A stretch of DNA of 64,000 nucleotides from Octopus sinensis. Taxonomy: Eukaryota. The stretch is from assembly GCF_006345805.1 (NCBI RefSeq), contig NC_043002.1:68820001-68884000 (forward strand), given 5' to 3'. This document shows, in pieces, positions 28,752-41,097 of the stretch (within the stretch, counting starts at the first letter, position 1; every line of letters begins with the position of its first letter). The notes under the pieces were generated by a model that searched no databases, had not been told where the DNA came from, and saw only the letters and a list, made by a program, of their open reading frames with translations. Position numbers and translations under genes: made by a program.

Positions 28752-28844
28752 TAAAATATTATTCGAGACAAAACCACTATTTTGCAAAACAAACAAGAAA
28801 GACTAATTAATACATAAAATTTTAATAAATAGTCAAAAAAACCG

Positions 28845-28887
28845 CCACTACAATCGTTTCTTGTCTTGATCGACAATCTTCAGGTGG
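28845..28887 (-). ncRNA. Type I hammerhead ribozyme motif, intact core (mirror copy in the palindrome)
   Basis: Reverse complement is identical to 28940-28982. Confidence 0.75.
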
Positions 28888-28939
28888 ATTCCAATAATTC
28901 AGTGTCCAATTCATAATTTGACACTGAATTATTGGAAGT

Positions 28940-28982
28940 CCACCTGAAGATTGTCGATCAAGACAAGAAACGATTGTAGTGG
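28940..28982 (+). ncRNA. Type I hammerhead ribozyme motif, intact core
   Basis: CCAC-CTGAAGA-TTGTC(gatcaa)GACAA-GAAAC(gatt)GT-A-GTGG: stem I CCAC/GTGG, stem II 5 bp, stem III 2 bp, GUA cleavage triplet (after 28978). Confidence 0.75.
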
Positions 28983-29149
28983 CGGTTTTTTTGACTATTT
29001 ATTAAAATTTTATGTATTAATTAGTCTTTCCTTGTTTGTTTTGCAAAATAGTGGTTTTGTCTCGAATAATATTTTATAATATTTTACATAAAATCGATTT
29101 AATCATAAATCTGATTTTTTCCCTGTAAATTTGGATTTATTCCCTAATA

Positions 29150-29341
29150 TTTATTATTTATATATACATATATATATATATATATATAAAACATATATAT
29201 ACATATCTATATTATATATATATATACATATATATACATATCTATATATATATATAGAACATATATACATAGCTATATATATATATATATTATATCTATA
29301 CATATATATACAATCTATCATATCATCACATTATATACATA

Positions 29342-29379
<38 letters not shown>

Positions 29380-29406
29380 CTACATATATATACATATCTA
29401 TATATA

Positions 29407-29460
<54 letters not shown>

Positions 29461-29557
29461 ATATATTATATCTATATACATATATATATATCTATATATA
29501 TATATCATATATATACATATATATACATATCTATATATATATAATTATATATATACT

Positions 29558-29605
<48 letters not shown>

Positions 29606-29626
29606 ATATATAATATATATATATAC

Positions 29627-29721
<95 letters not shown>

Positions 29722-29731
29722 TATACATATC

Positions 29732-29763
<32 letters not shown>

Positions 29764-30215
29764 TATATACATATCATATCTATATACATATATATACATA
29801 TCTATATATATATAATATATATCTATATATATATAATATAATATACATATCTATATATATACATATCTATATATATATTATATATACATATATATACATA
29901 TATATACATATCTATATATATATATATATTACTATATTATATATATATACATATCTATATTATATATATATTATATATATATATATAGATATAGACATAT
30001 ATTACATATCTATATATATATAATTACATATATATACATATCTAATAATATATATATATACATAATAACATATCTATATATATATTATATTATACATATA
30101 TATACAGATCTATATATATATATAGACATATTATATATATATATATATATATATATTACATATCTATTATATATATATATAATATATATATATATATAAC
30201 ATATATATACATATC

Positions 30216-30246
<31 letters not shown>

Positions 30247-30329
30247 TATATATACATATCTATCTATATATATATATATATATAACATATATACAATATC
30301 ATATCTATATATACATATATATATACATA

Positions 30330-30375
<46 letters not shown>
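29150..30375. repeat. ~1.2-kb compound (TA)n / TATATACATATC microsatellite
   Basis: Almost entirely A/T with interspersed C and very few G on the plus strand. Confidence 0.97.
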
Positions 30376-30383
<8 letters not shown>

Positions 30384-30793
30384 TGTTTGTGAAACAGAGT
30401 AATACATCACTTGAAAATAGGTGAAGATGTAGAAAAACTGCCTTAGCACATTCCATCCAACCCATCCAAGCATCAAAAAGTGGACGTTAGATGATGATCA
30501 TATTTGTGTATATATATATATGCATATCAAGGTGGTGCCCCAGCATAGCTGCAGTCTGATGACTGCTAAGTGAGGGGAGGGAGTAAAAGTAAGTGGGTAA
30601 AAAAGTTCATAGTGTTCACATAAGCGCGCATGTTCATACCTACACATGTGTGCCTGCACACCCACGTGCATGTACCTAAAAGTATACACTCATTCACCCT
30701 CACTTGAAACGTACACAACCTCACCCACACAAGATAAATTCCTCTATTTACATAATATCAAGGTCTCTCATTCTTTGTTGTCTTACCATTTTT

Positions 30794-30880
<87 letters not shown>

Positions 30881-30881
<1 letters not shown>

Positions 30882-31236
30882 TGTAAAAAGAAGTTTGAAA
30901 ACGCCACTATATTATATCAATTTTAATTTTCTTATGAATTTTACATGTTTCGGTTCTTGAAAAAACGAACCTTATCAAAAATATTTTAAAAAGTAAAGTG
31001 TAATAGAAAAGTTCATGATTGTTTCTTACTAGTCTCAATAGAATCAATGTGGTGGTGTTTTGTTGGTATAATAACTATAAATTTCAAGTTGAGTGTAGTA
31101 AAGAAGTTCATTATTGTTTCTTGCTGGTATCAACGGGATCCACGTGGCTGTTTTTTAGCTTTCTTGTGTTAGAATGACCCGCGACTGAAATGGTAGCAGC
31201 AATAATATAGTGGTGTTTTCAAACTTCTTTTTTACA
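30881..31236. mobile_element. Element with 35-bp inverted termini and a degenerate hammerhead-like motif (30938-30982, minus)
   Basis: 30881-30915 versus 31202-31236 match 34/35; minus strand reads ATTT-TTGATAA-GGTTC(10 nt)GAACC-GAA-ACATGT-A-AAAT. Confidence 0.6.
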
Positions 31237-31287
31237 AATATATACCCATTCGTACACGATCTACTCTTATGTATAATATATATATTA

Positions 31288-31332
<45 letters not shown>

Positions 31333-32114
31333 TGCAGGGGTGGTTGTGTGGTAAGAAGCTTGCTTCCCAACCACATAGTTCCAGGTTCAGTTCCACTGCA
31401 TGCACCATGGGTTAGTATTTTCAACTGTAGCCTCGGGCTGACCAAGTGTGAGTGGATTTGGTAGACAGAAGCTGTCTATATGAATGTATGCATTTGTGTG
31501 TTTACTTCCCCAGTACCTTAGCAGTTCGGCAAAAGAAACTGATAGAATAAGTACTAGGCTTACAAAGAATAAGTCCTGGGGTTGATTTGTTCGACTAAAG
31601 GCGGTGCTCCAGCAAAGCTGCAGTCAGATGACACAAGTAAAAGAATAAAAGAATTTTACAGTTGAGTGGTTACATATATGATAGGAATCCAGGTGTAAAA
31701 TCACTTGTTAAAACTAACAAAAAAACGATCATTCAGGTAAGTATGGAAAACATTGTGAAACATTCCTTACATAAAACTCAGTGTGTGAATAATGTATCAA
31801 ACTACATGTATTAGCTTTCAGAGCATATTGAGGATGTAGAGAGCAATGTATATGTTTGGATCCTAACCACATGGTTTTGGGTTCAGTTCCACTGCGTGGC
31901 ACCTTAAGCAAATGTCTTCTACTATAACCCTGAGCTTACCAAAGCCTTTTGAGTGAACTTGGTCGACAGAAACTAAAAGAAGCCTGTTGCATATATATAT
32001 ATATGTGTGTGTGTGTGTGTATGAGTGTCTTCCTGTCTTGGCATCACATGATTGTTTTAAATGTATGTCATTCGTTTCTGATACTCTACAAAAATATGTC
32101 AGCCCATAGGAAAA

Positions 32115-32159
<45 letters not shown>

Positions 32160-32632
32160 AACAGGCACGACTACATGGTTAAGAAGTTTGCTTTGTAACC
32201 TCATAGTACCAGGTTCAACCCCACTGTGAAGCACCTCACGCAAGTGTCTTCTACTCAGTCTTTAGCTGACCAATGCCTTGTAAAGGAATTTGAAGCCTTT
32301 TCAGTGCTTAGCAACTGGTGTTGGTGTGTTTATGTCTCCACAAGTGGTTTAATAAACTGATAAAATAAGTATAAGACTTGAAATAAGTACTGGAGTTGAT
32401 TTATTTGACTAAACCTTTCAAGGCAGTGCCCCAGCATGGCCCCAGTCAAGTGCCTGACACAAATAAGGTCATGATAGGGTATAAAATCAGAAAATTTCAT
32501 AAGTAGTATTCAATCTGAGCTCATGGCTGGCTACTCTCATGAATTGGAATCTCAAAGAAGGCTGAAATCTAAGTACAACATCAGTAAATCTAATGTGTGG
32601 GTTTAGCAAAGACTAAAATATAACCAAAATAT

Positions 32633-33097
32633 TGCATTTCTAAATCTCTCAGAAAGATTTATACAGTAGCAGCGCAATAAAGTGATGTTATGTTGTCAAC
32701 TTAATGTGGCAGTCCCATGAAAAGGAAGAATGCTACTGCTATTTAGCCCTAGGAAACACCGTTTCCAGTTGGCGACGACACATTTTCTGCGCCCTTATGT
32801 TTTCAAAGGGGAAATAAGCACCTCCACCCAGCAAAGCCAGCAATCAGAGACTAGTTTCAGAGTCATTGCTCATCATCAGTCTGGAGTAGCATGGCTTGCT
32901 AGCTGTTGATGATTATTCGCCATTGAAAACATATAGATTTGAAGTGAAATACATTCACTGATTTTGAAAAAAGAAATTTTGCATTTCTAAATCTCTCAGA
33001 AAGATTTATACAGTAGCAATGACTCTGAAACTGAATAGCAGTAGTATTCTTCCCATTCATGGGATTGCCACATTAAGTTGACAACATAACATCATTT
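32633..33097. mobile_element. Rearranged element with inverted and direct duplications around the hammerhead-like motif
   Basis: 32682-32721 is inverted at 33057-33096; ttgcatttctaaatctctcagaaagatttatacagtagca occurs at ~32633 and ~32980. Confidence 0.65.
32845..32883 (-). ncRNA. Minimal hammerhead-like motif (dimer type)
   Basis: CAGA-CTGATGA-T-GAG(caatga)CTC-T-GAA-ACTAGT-C-TCTG: stem I CAGA/TCTG, palindromic ACTAGT stem III, GUC triplet; U.U mismatch at the base of stem II. Confidence 0.6.
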
Positions 33098-33611
33098 TAA
33101 AATATCAGCCCAATAAGAAAAAGGAAACAAAAGAAAGCATTTAACACATCTTTAATTACTAGTTACAATTGTTTCAGTATTTAATATCCTTGTTAAACGT
33201 TGGATGTATACTTTTACGAAGCAGAGGTAAAATCAATGTGTTTACATGACGCACTTCACGAGACTCCAAAACACCCTCTCAACAATTCCTACCGACTTCT
33301 ATTTCAATCAATACACTACTCTTTATAAGAGTTTGGCTAGTCCATTCTTTCAATCCCCCATGGGTGTCAATGACTCTCACCACAACACAGTACCACTCTG
33401 TTTTTTGCATCATTGCACCTAAAATTTGATGTTGCATTAAAAAGGTGTGTTCTTACACTGTGCACCTTTTGATGCGTGTCTCATGAAGTGCCACCCTAAT
33501 GCATAACTGGTATTCCATCAGTTATGATGATGAGGGTTCTAGTTGATCCAATCAACAGAACAGCAAGCTCTTGAAATTAACATGCAAGTGGCCGAGCACT
33601 CCACAGACATA

Positions 33612-33840
33612 CTCTCTTTTACTTGTTTCAGTCATTTGACTGTGGCCATGCTGGAGCATTGCCTTTATAATCGAGCAAATTGACACCAGAGCTTATTCTT
33701 TGTAAGCCTAGTACTTATTCTATCGGTCTCTTTTGCTGAACTGCTAAGTTACGGGGACGTAAACACACCAGCATCAGTTGTCAAGCAATGCTGGGGGGGG
33801 GAACAAACAGACACACAACCATATACACATATACATACAT

Positions 33841-33913
<73 letters not shown>

Positions 33914-34095
33914 ATATACATACATACATATACGATAGGCTTCTTCCAGTTTCTGTCTACCAAATCCACTCACAAAGCTTCGGTCGGCCTGAAGCTATAG
34001 TAGAAGACACTTGCCCAAGGTGCCACACAATGGGACTGAACCCAGGACCATGTGGTTGGTAAGGAAGCTACTTACCACACAGCCACTCCTGCACC
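33612..34095 (-). mobile_element. SINE S1, full-length copy
   Basis: Reverse complement of the 20879-21289 family with an expanded internal (TA)n. Confidence 0.9.
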
Positions 34096-34952
34096 ATGTG
34101 TAACTGTAACGTAATTCTCAGGGAGATTCAGTGTCACACAGAATGTGACAAGGCTGGCTTTTTGAAATGCAAGTACTACTCATTTTTACCAGCTGAGTGG
34201 ACTGCAGCAATGTGAAATAAGATGTCTTGCTCAAGGACACAATACATCGCTGGGAATTGAACTCACAACCTTGCAATTGTGAGCTGAATATCCTAGCCAC
34301 TAAGCCACATGCCTTTACACTCTAATGTATAAAAGCATAAATATTATGTAACTTTTCACATGAAATTTTGTGTGCATTGGGACAAGAAAAAAACTGAGTG
34401 GTACCTGAACAGTTGTAATTGTTAATTAAAGATGTGCTAAGCTCTTTCTTTGTCTCCTTATTTAGATTATATATATATATATATATATATAGCTTTTTGT
34501 TTATTTTGTAATAGAAAAACATAATAGAGCTCAATTCATCCTTGTGTTAGAAGTTTATAGAGTCTGCTGTGTTTGTCTTGTATAAACAGGATTATATATT
34601 TGAACAAAAGTTTCATTCACTTAGTCATTTAGTCAACTGTTCACATCAGCAGATTGAGATGTGTAGATCGATCAAAAGGCTGTTTGAACGAAGCCTTGAT
34701 TTAGATATGTAATCCTGTTTACTTTATACTTTACACATATACATACATGTATTGACATACACACACACAACATATATTTGTATGTAAACATACATATGGA
34801 CATACACAGCATGTATACACACAGACACACACACACATATATATAAAGGGCAAGAATATGTTAAAAAGTGGTGTATAATAGATACAGACAGTAAGTGCTC
34901 AGACTGCTTTTTCATCTTTTATTGAACTCATTGTATGTATGTATATACATAT

Positions 34953-35256
34953 GCGTGGAGACACAATGGCCTAGTGGTTAGGGCAGCGGACTCGCAGTCG
35001 TAGGATGGCGGTTTCGATTCCCAGACTGGGCGTTCTGAGTGTTTATTGAGCGAAAACACCTACAGCTCCACGAGGCTTCGGCAGGGGGGGGGGGCGATCC
35101 CTGCTGTACTATTTTGCCACAACCTTCTCTCACTCTTTCTTCTGTTGGCCTGCTCGCTTAGCCAGCGGGGTGGCGTCATTTGAAGGCTAAAACAATGCAA
35201 AGCGCATTGTGACCAGCGATGTGTAGTAACATCTGATAGCCTGGTCAGTCACGTGA
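34953..35256 (+). mobile_element. tRNA-derived SINE of a separate family (single copy here)
   Basis: A box TGGCCTAGTGG, B box GTTTCGATTCC, GC-rich body; not a complete cloverleaf. Confidence 0.75.
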
Positions 35257-36313
35257 TATACATATGCACACATGTATGCACATACAATACATAGATACAT
35301 ATGTGACTCAATGGAGACCAAGTCATTCTAAACAAATGAAAATTCTAGTTATTTCATAGGCAGAATTGCCAGCTCATTATACCATTCACACTTAAGTGTA
35401 TTCTCTTAGACACTTGTATCCTAAATGTAATCTTCAGTCAAACTCAGTAAGACAGCGATTGTGATAAAAACGGACCAATGTATTACAACTATAAATGTAT
35501 GCACATAATCACACACACACATCTCCCATGTATACTTTGTTTATTTTAATATAACCTTACCTTAATATAATATACATACAATAAACTCATTAGAATTGCA
35601 TATATTAATTGAAAGTATTTCTCATCATATTCAATATTTTTTTTTCTAATCTGATAATTTCTTGGATTATTTTACTCAAATACTTTAAAAATGATCTGTT
35701 AGAAAACAATTGCACTTGATGCACTCAATGTGCGTGGATCTTACGTTTTGTGGTTTTGAGGTCAATAAAATATGGAATAGTACTTCTCTAGCGATGAATC
35801 AATCAATTATATTCCTTACAAGAGTTAAAGCTGCCTCTAATGAAACATATAACATGTACACACACACGCGCGCGCATCTGCTTGTAAGCACTCTTCCATA
35901 CATGCAATCTCTCTCTCTCTCTCTCACACACACATGCATACATATACATACATTTTTCTTTTATTCTTTTACTTCTTTCAGTCATTTGACTGTGGACATG
36001 CTGAAGAACCATCTCTAGTCGAATAAATTGACCCTAAGACTTACTCTTTATAAAGCTAGTACTTATTCTATTGGTCTCTTTTGCCAAACTGCTAAGTTAC
36101 GGGAACATAAACACACCAACATTGGTTGTCAAGCGATGGTGGGGAGACAAACACACACACACACATATATGTATACACACATATATGTATATATATATAT
36201 TTACATATATGTGTGTGTGTGTTTCTCTCTCCACCATCGCTTGACAACCGATGTTAGTGTGTTTATGTTCCCGTAACTTAACGTGCGTATATATATATAT
36301 ATACATACATATG

Positions 36314-36358
<45 letters not shown>

Positions 36359-36398
36359 TATATATACATACATACATACATATGTATGTGTATATATG

Positions 36399-36439
<41 letters not shown>

Positions 36440-36977
36440 CCAGCCTGTCTGCCAGCCCCGTTTGCCAGCCCTGTCTGGCCCCCATGTCGGTGACATGTAA
36501 AAGCACCATCCGTTCGTGTCCGTTTCCAGCCTCGCCTGGCCCCCGTGCCGGTGACACGTAAAAGCACCATCCGTTCGTGGCCGTTTGCCAGCCCTGTCTG
36601 GCCCCCGTGTCGGTGGCACGTAAAAGCACCATTTGTTCGTGTCCGTTGCCAGCCTCGCCTGGCCCCGTGCCGGTGACACGTAAAAGCACCATCCGTTCGT
36701 GGCCGTTTGCCAGCTCTGTCTGGCACCTGTGCAGGTGGCACGTAAAAAGCACCCACTACACTCACGGAGTGGTTGGCGTTAGGAAGGGCATCCAGCCGTA
36801 GAAACACTGCCAGATCTGACTGGGCCTGATGAAGCCTTCCAGCTTCACAGACCCCAGTTGAACCATCCAACCCATGCTAGCATGGAGAACGGACGCTAAA
36901 TGATGATGATGATGATGACATACATACATATGTATGTGTGTTATATATATATATATACATACATACATACATATGTA

Positions 36978-37056
<79 letters not shown>

Positions 37057-37057
37057 G

Positions 37058-37285
37058 ACGGGAAGGTTTACAAAAATAAACAAAAGACAAAGGCAGGTGG
37101 AGTACAAACAAACAAATGTATTAGTATGGCGCTCAGGAATAGAAATAGAACAAGTCTTTTACGTTTCGAGCCTACGCACTTCGACAGAAAGATACACAGA
37201 AAAGAAACAAGGAGAGAAAAAAATGCATGTAGGAGCTAACGATCTATCATGGCGTTCTGACTTCAAGCAGAGGTCAGAGGTCAGA
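37058..37285 (-). mobile_element. Solo terminal repeat of the Penelope-like family at 55.1-55.4 kb
   Basis: Reverse complement nearly matches 55170-55410 (acgggaaggtttac...gtacaaacaaacaaatgtattagtatggcgctcagg...). Confidence 0.8.
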
Positions 37286-39947
37286 AGCTGATGGGCTTCT
37301 TTCAGTTTCCATCTACCAAATCCACGCATAATGTTTTGGTTAGCTTGCGGCTAAAGTAAAAGACACGTGCCCAACATGCCACACAATGGGACTGAACTGG
37401 GAACCATGTGGTTGGGAAGCAAGCTTCTTACCACACAGCCACTCCTGCGCATATAAATATAATTTATTCATATAAGATATGAAATGGGTACTTGGTACCT
37501 AGAATATAAAGAAATTGACAAGTTGTCATTTACTAATTACTAGCCTAAAAGCTGCCACATCAGGTGGCTTTTAAGCTAGCTCCTGTAGAGGGCTCTTCAT
37601 TTGACTTTGGGCCCAACAATGACACTTCATGCATTGAGTACATAATAAATTTTATTAAACTTGAACAATATTTTCCAAGCAATGAACAATTTTCATCAAA
37701 ACAAGCTGCATGATAAACAACAGTACCACCACCATGGTTACCACATTTGCCATACACACACCATTCAGACTTCTGATGCCACCACCATCAATAACTTTGA
37801 CTTCATCGCCTTCTCCTCTACCTCTATCACCACTGTCTTTCACATCATTTACTCTCACTGTCATCCCTGACCACCTTGGCTACCACCACTATCACTGCCA
37901 CCTCCACCTCTATCACAACTACAGCTCATACTGTTACTATAACCCCATTACCATCGTTCAGTATGTTAGTTCTGTATGTTGGTTCAGTGTTCAGTTCCTT
38001 TCTCTCACATACTCACTTTTTCTTTCTCTCTTATTATTACTCCCACTGCCACCATCAGCACTACTACTTTTAATAAAAAAAAATCAACTCTCCCTAAATT
38101 TCTTTGTCTTTCTCTCTCTCTTTTTCTTTTTTTTCTCTCTCTCTCTGTCTTCGCCACCACCCTCACTCTCTCTATGCCTACTATTACTCTCACCCCAGTA
38201 TGAGCAATAATATAAGTGAGTGAGGGAGTCAAAGTGTGACACACTGACACACAGAAATTAGTTTTCGCATTTATTATATTTTAATCTTGAAAAAAAAATT
38301 AAGTAAACCACTTATAGTTGCTTTCTGTAAAATCTACTATATATGTGGGAAATTCTGTTTATGGGTGTGTTTGTGGAGTTGTTACCTAACTCCTACATTG
38401 TTTATCGATTTTGATGAAACTTGACATGTGAGTACAACTCATGTCTGGAAACCTCAGATTGTTGAAAAGAATCGATAATAGGGCCCCTGGAAAGGATCTT
38501 TATATATATCTAATATTTTATTTTAAAAGCCAAGAGAAATAATCCATTTGCCCCTGGAAGTGATCCTTATATATATAGCCAAGAGAAATAACCCATTCAT
38601 TTTCCTAAATCATTTGGTATAAATCAAATTGAGTATGCTTATTTCTTAGTATTTGAACTGTTAGAGTTATTGTCACAATTTATCCAGTACAACCCTTCAA
38701 CATTTAAATAGTATTTTCCTAAACAATAGATCCACTTATTTCAGTTAGTGACTTATTCACGAGTATACCAATACCAGCGCTGCAGAGGGTAATATTCTTT
38801 GGGAACACACAAAAGCTTTTCAGAGTTATTTACTTTCAATTGTTATTATCTCATATCTAATTAGCCTGTTATTACATAACATGCTTCATGATTTTAGTAA
38901 ACATACCTTATTAGTATTTCCTCCTATGTTCTATATACTCTGGGAACACATTAAAGCCCTTTGTGGGGCTACTTTATTTGAATTCTTACTATTGGGTACT
39001 AATTTCATGTTATTACATGACTGACTTCACAGTTTGGGTATTCATAACTTATTGGGAATTCCTAAAATCAAGATCCTGTGTAAAACAGTTCAGTATTGTC
39101 TCTAAATCCACAAAAACTGTTTTAAGGGCTACATACTTTGTACTGTTATTATTGGGTTAGCGAAACAATGATGAAAACGGAACCAAGGGATAAGCTCCAC
39201 TTTCCTGGGAATTACTGGGTACGTCAGCAATTTTATCCATAAACTGGTTATATCTTTTCATTATATAAAAAAAAAATATTTTATTCAAAACTTTGCATAT
39301 GTGACAGAAGTATGTGCGTGCTATTTGTTAAGAAGTTAAAGTTTATGTAAAGATCTGCTAAGTATTACAAACATATAAAACAGTTTGTTCTCTCAATATT
39401 AGATTTTCTCCAACATTCTCTTCTCTCTGAGAAAGGCGACTTGTTTTTTTCTTTCCTTTTATTTTATTCCTTTGTTTAAAAAAAATGATTAGTGTGTAAC
39501 CTAATATTTTCATACTCTACCTACATTTGCATACGGTCCATGAATAAGCATGGCATATCATTTTACTTGTTTCAAAACACTCATAAAGGAAAAAAAAAAT
39601 CATATTAAAGTAAGTTATATTAGGAAGAGTATCCTGCTATGAAAAGCTCAAGAATTTATACAGATGCATAAAACTACATTATTTCAATGAATGGCTGTAT
39701 GGAAATTGAAAGAAATATTAAATTTAGATTATGAAATGAATCATCACCATCACTATTATCATCATTGTTTTAACATCCACTTTTCTATGCTTGCATTGGT
39801 TGGATGAAATTTATTGAGGTAGATTTTCTACAGTCTGATGCCCTTCCTGTCATCAGCCCTTACCTGTTTCCAGTCGGGTAGTATTTCTCCATGGCCAGAC
39901 CTGTTTTTATGAAATACTAGAAATAACTGACGCTGCTTGTATGACAG

Positions 39948-39980
<33 letters not shown>

Positions 39981-40224
39981 GACACACATACACGCACATG
40001 CACAAACACACACACACACACACACAAGCAAGTGGACAAATGAAAGAAAGAGGCCATCAGCACATTCAGTAGGAGTTATATTATTATTTAAGGCTGCTTA
40101 GTTCAGCCCCATGCATCTTAGGCCTGTGATGATCTTACAAAACTTTAAAACTTTAAGTTACACAAGGCCAAATGAAACTGTTTACAATACTATCTGTCTG
40201 TCTACCTGTCTGTCTCTCTCTTTT

Positions 40225-40284
<60 letters not shown>

Positions 40285-41097
40285 CTTCTGTGCCGGTGGC
40301 ACGTAAAAAGCATCCACTACACTCACAGAGTGGTTGGCGTTAGGAAGGGCAACCAGCTGTAGAAACACTGCTAGATCAGACTGGAGCCTGGTGCAGCCTC
40401 CTGGCTTCCCAGACCCCGGTCGAACCGTCCAACCTGTGCTAGCGTAGAAAATGGACGTTAAATGATGATGATGATATATATGTATGTAGGTTGTGTATGT
40501 TTGCCATAAGATGCTGTAGTATTTATGTGATTGTCATAACAGTCTTGTAATCATTGTCAATATCTGATGTGTTGTTGTTGTTTAACCCCAGGTCTGTCCT
40601 GATTGAACAGACTTTTGGTGTGTGTGTGTGTGTGTGTGTGTTGGGGAAATGGTCACCATGTAATAGCAATAATGTTGGTATATGGTTTGAAGTTTCGATT
40701 GATTGTGAAGTTGTGTTGAAGTAAACAAGATGTGATTTTGATGGCAAAGAAATGGTATATTAACTGTATCAGAACAAAAGTAACCATCTCACGAGAAAAC
40801 ATCCTTATCAACATGTAACTTGATTGATAGAGCAGAATAGGCAAGTAATAAAGATGCAAGCATTGCCAGCATATCATGTGATGTTTAAGTCAATAATGTC
40901 TGTGAGATTATGATGTGACCATTCATATCCACAAAATGAAATTGGAATTTAGTCTGAATGAGTGTGGAGAAAACTGTTATGCTGATACAAACATGTTAAT
41001 GTTTCAGTTTTAATGAAAATATCCTGAGAGGCTGACTTTTCTTCATGTTTTACTATCCCCCACTGTTTACTGTTGTAAATTTTCTTATAATAATGTA

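Larger units (their letters stand above)
28750..29078. repeat. Near-perfect palindrome (~157-bp arms, 13-nt loop), probably Penelope-type inverted termini
   Basis: 28750-28906 is the reverse complement of 28920-29078, with only a couple of small indel-type differences. Confidence 0.95.

Noticed and set aside
36820-36850. CTGATGA-AGCC... in S3 copies (also 60855 and 22495) as a hammerhead
   Set aside because: No GAAA follows the stem; it is just a GAAGCC/GGCTTC-type hairpin.
28313-36870. Long ORFs rich in IY/YI, CV or HT (e.g. 28313-28876, 36097-36870, 29559-29789)
   Set aside because: Translations of (TA)n, (TG)n and (CA)n microsatellites and SINEs; not coding.
37661-38250. His/Thr/Leu-rich ORFs
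   Set aside because: Low-complexity CAC/CAT and CT repeats; no splice or homology support.
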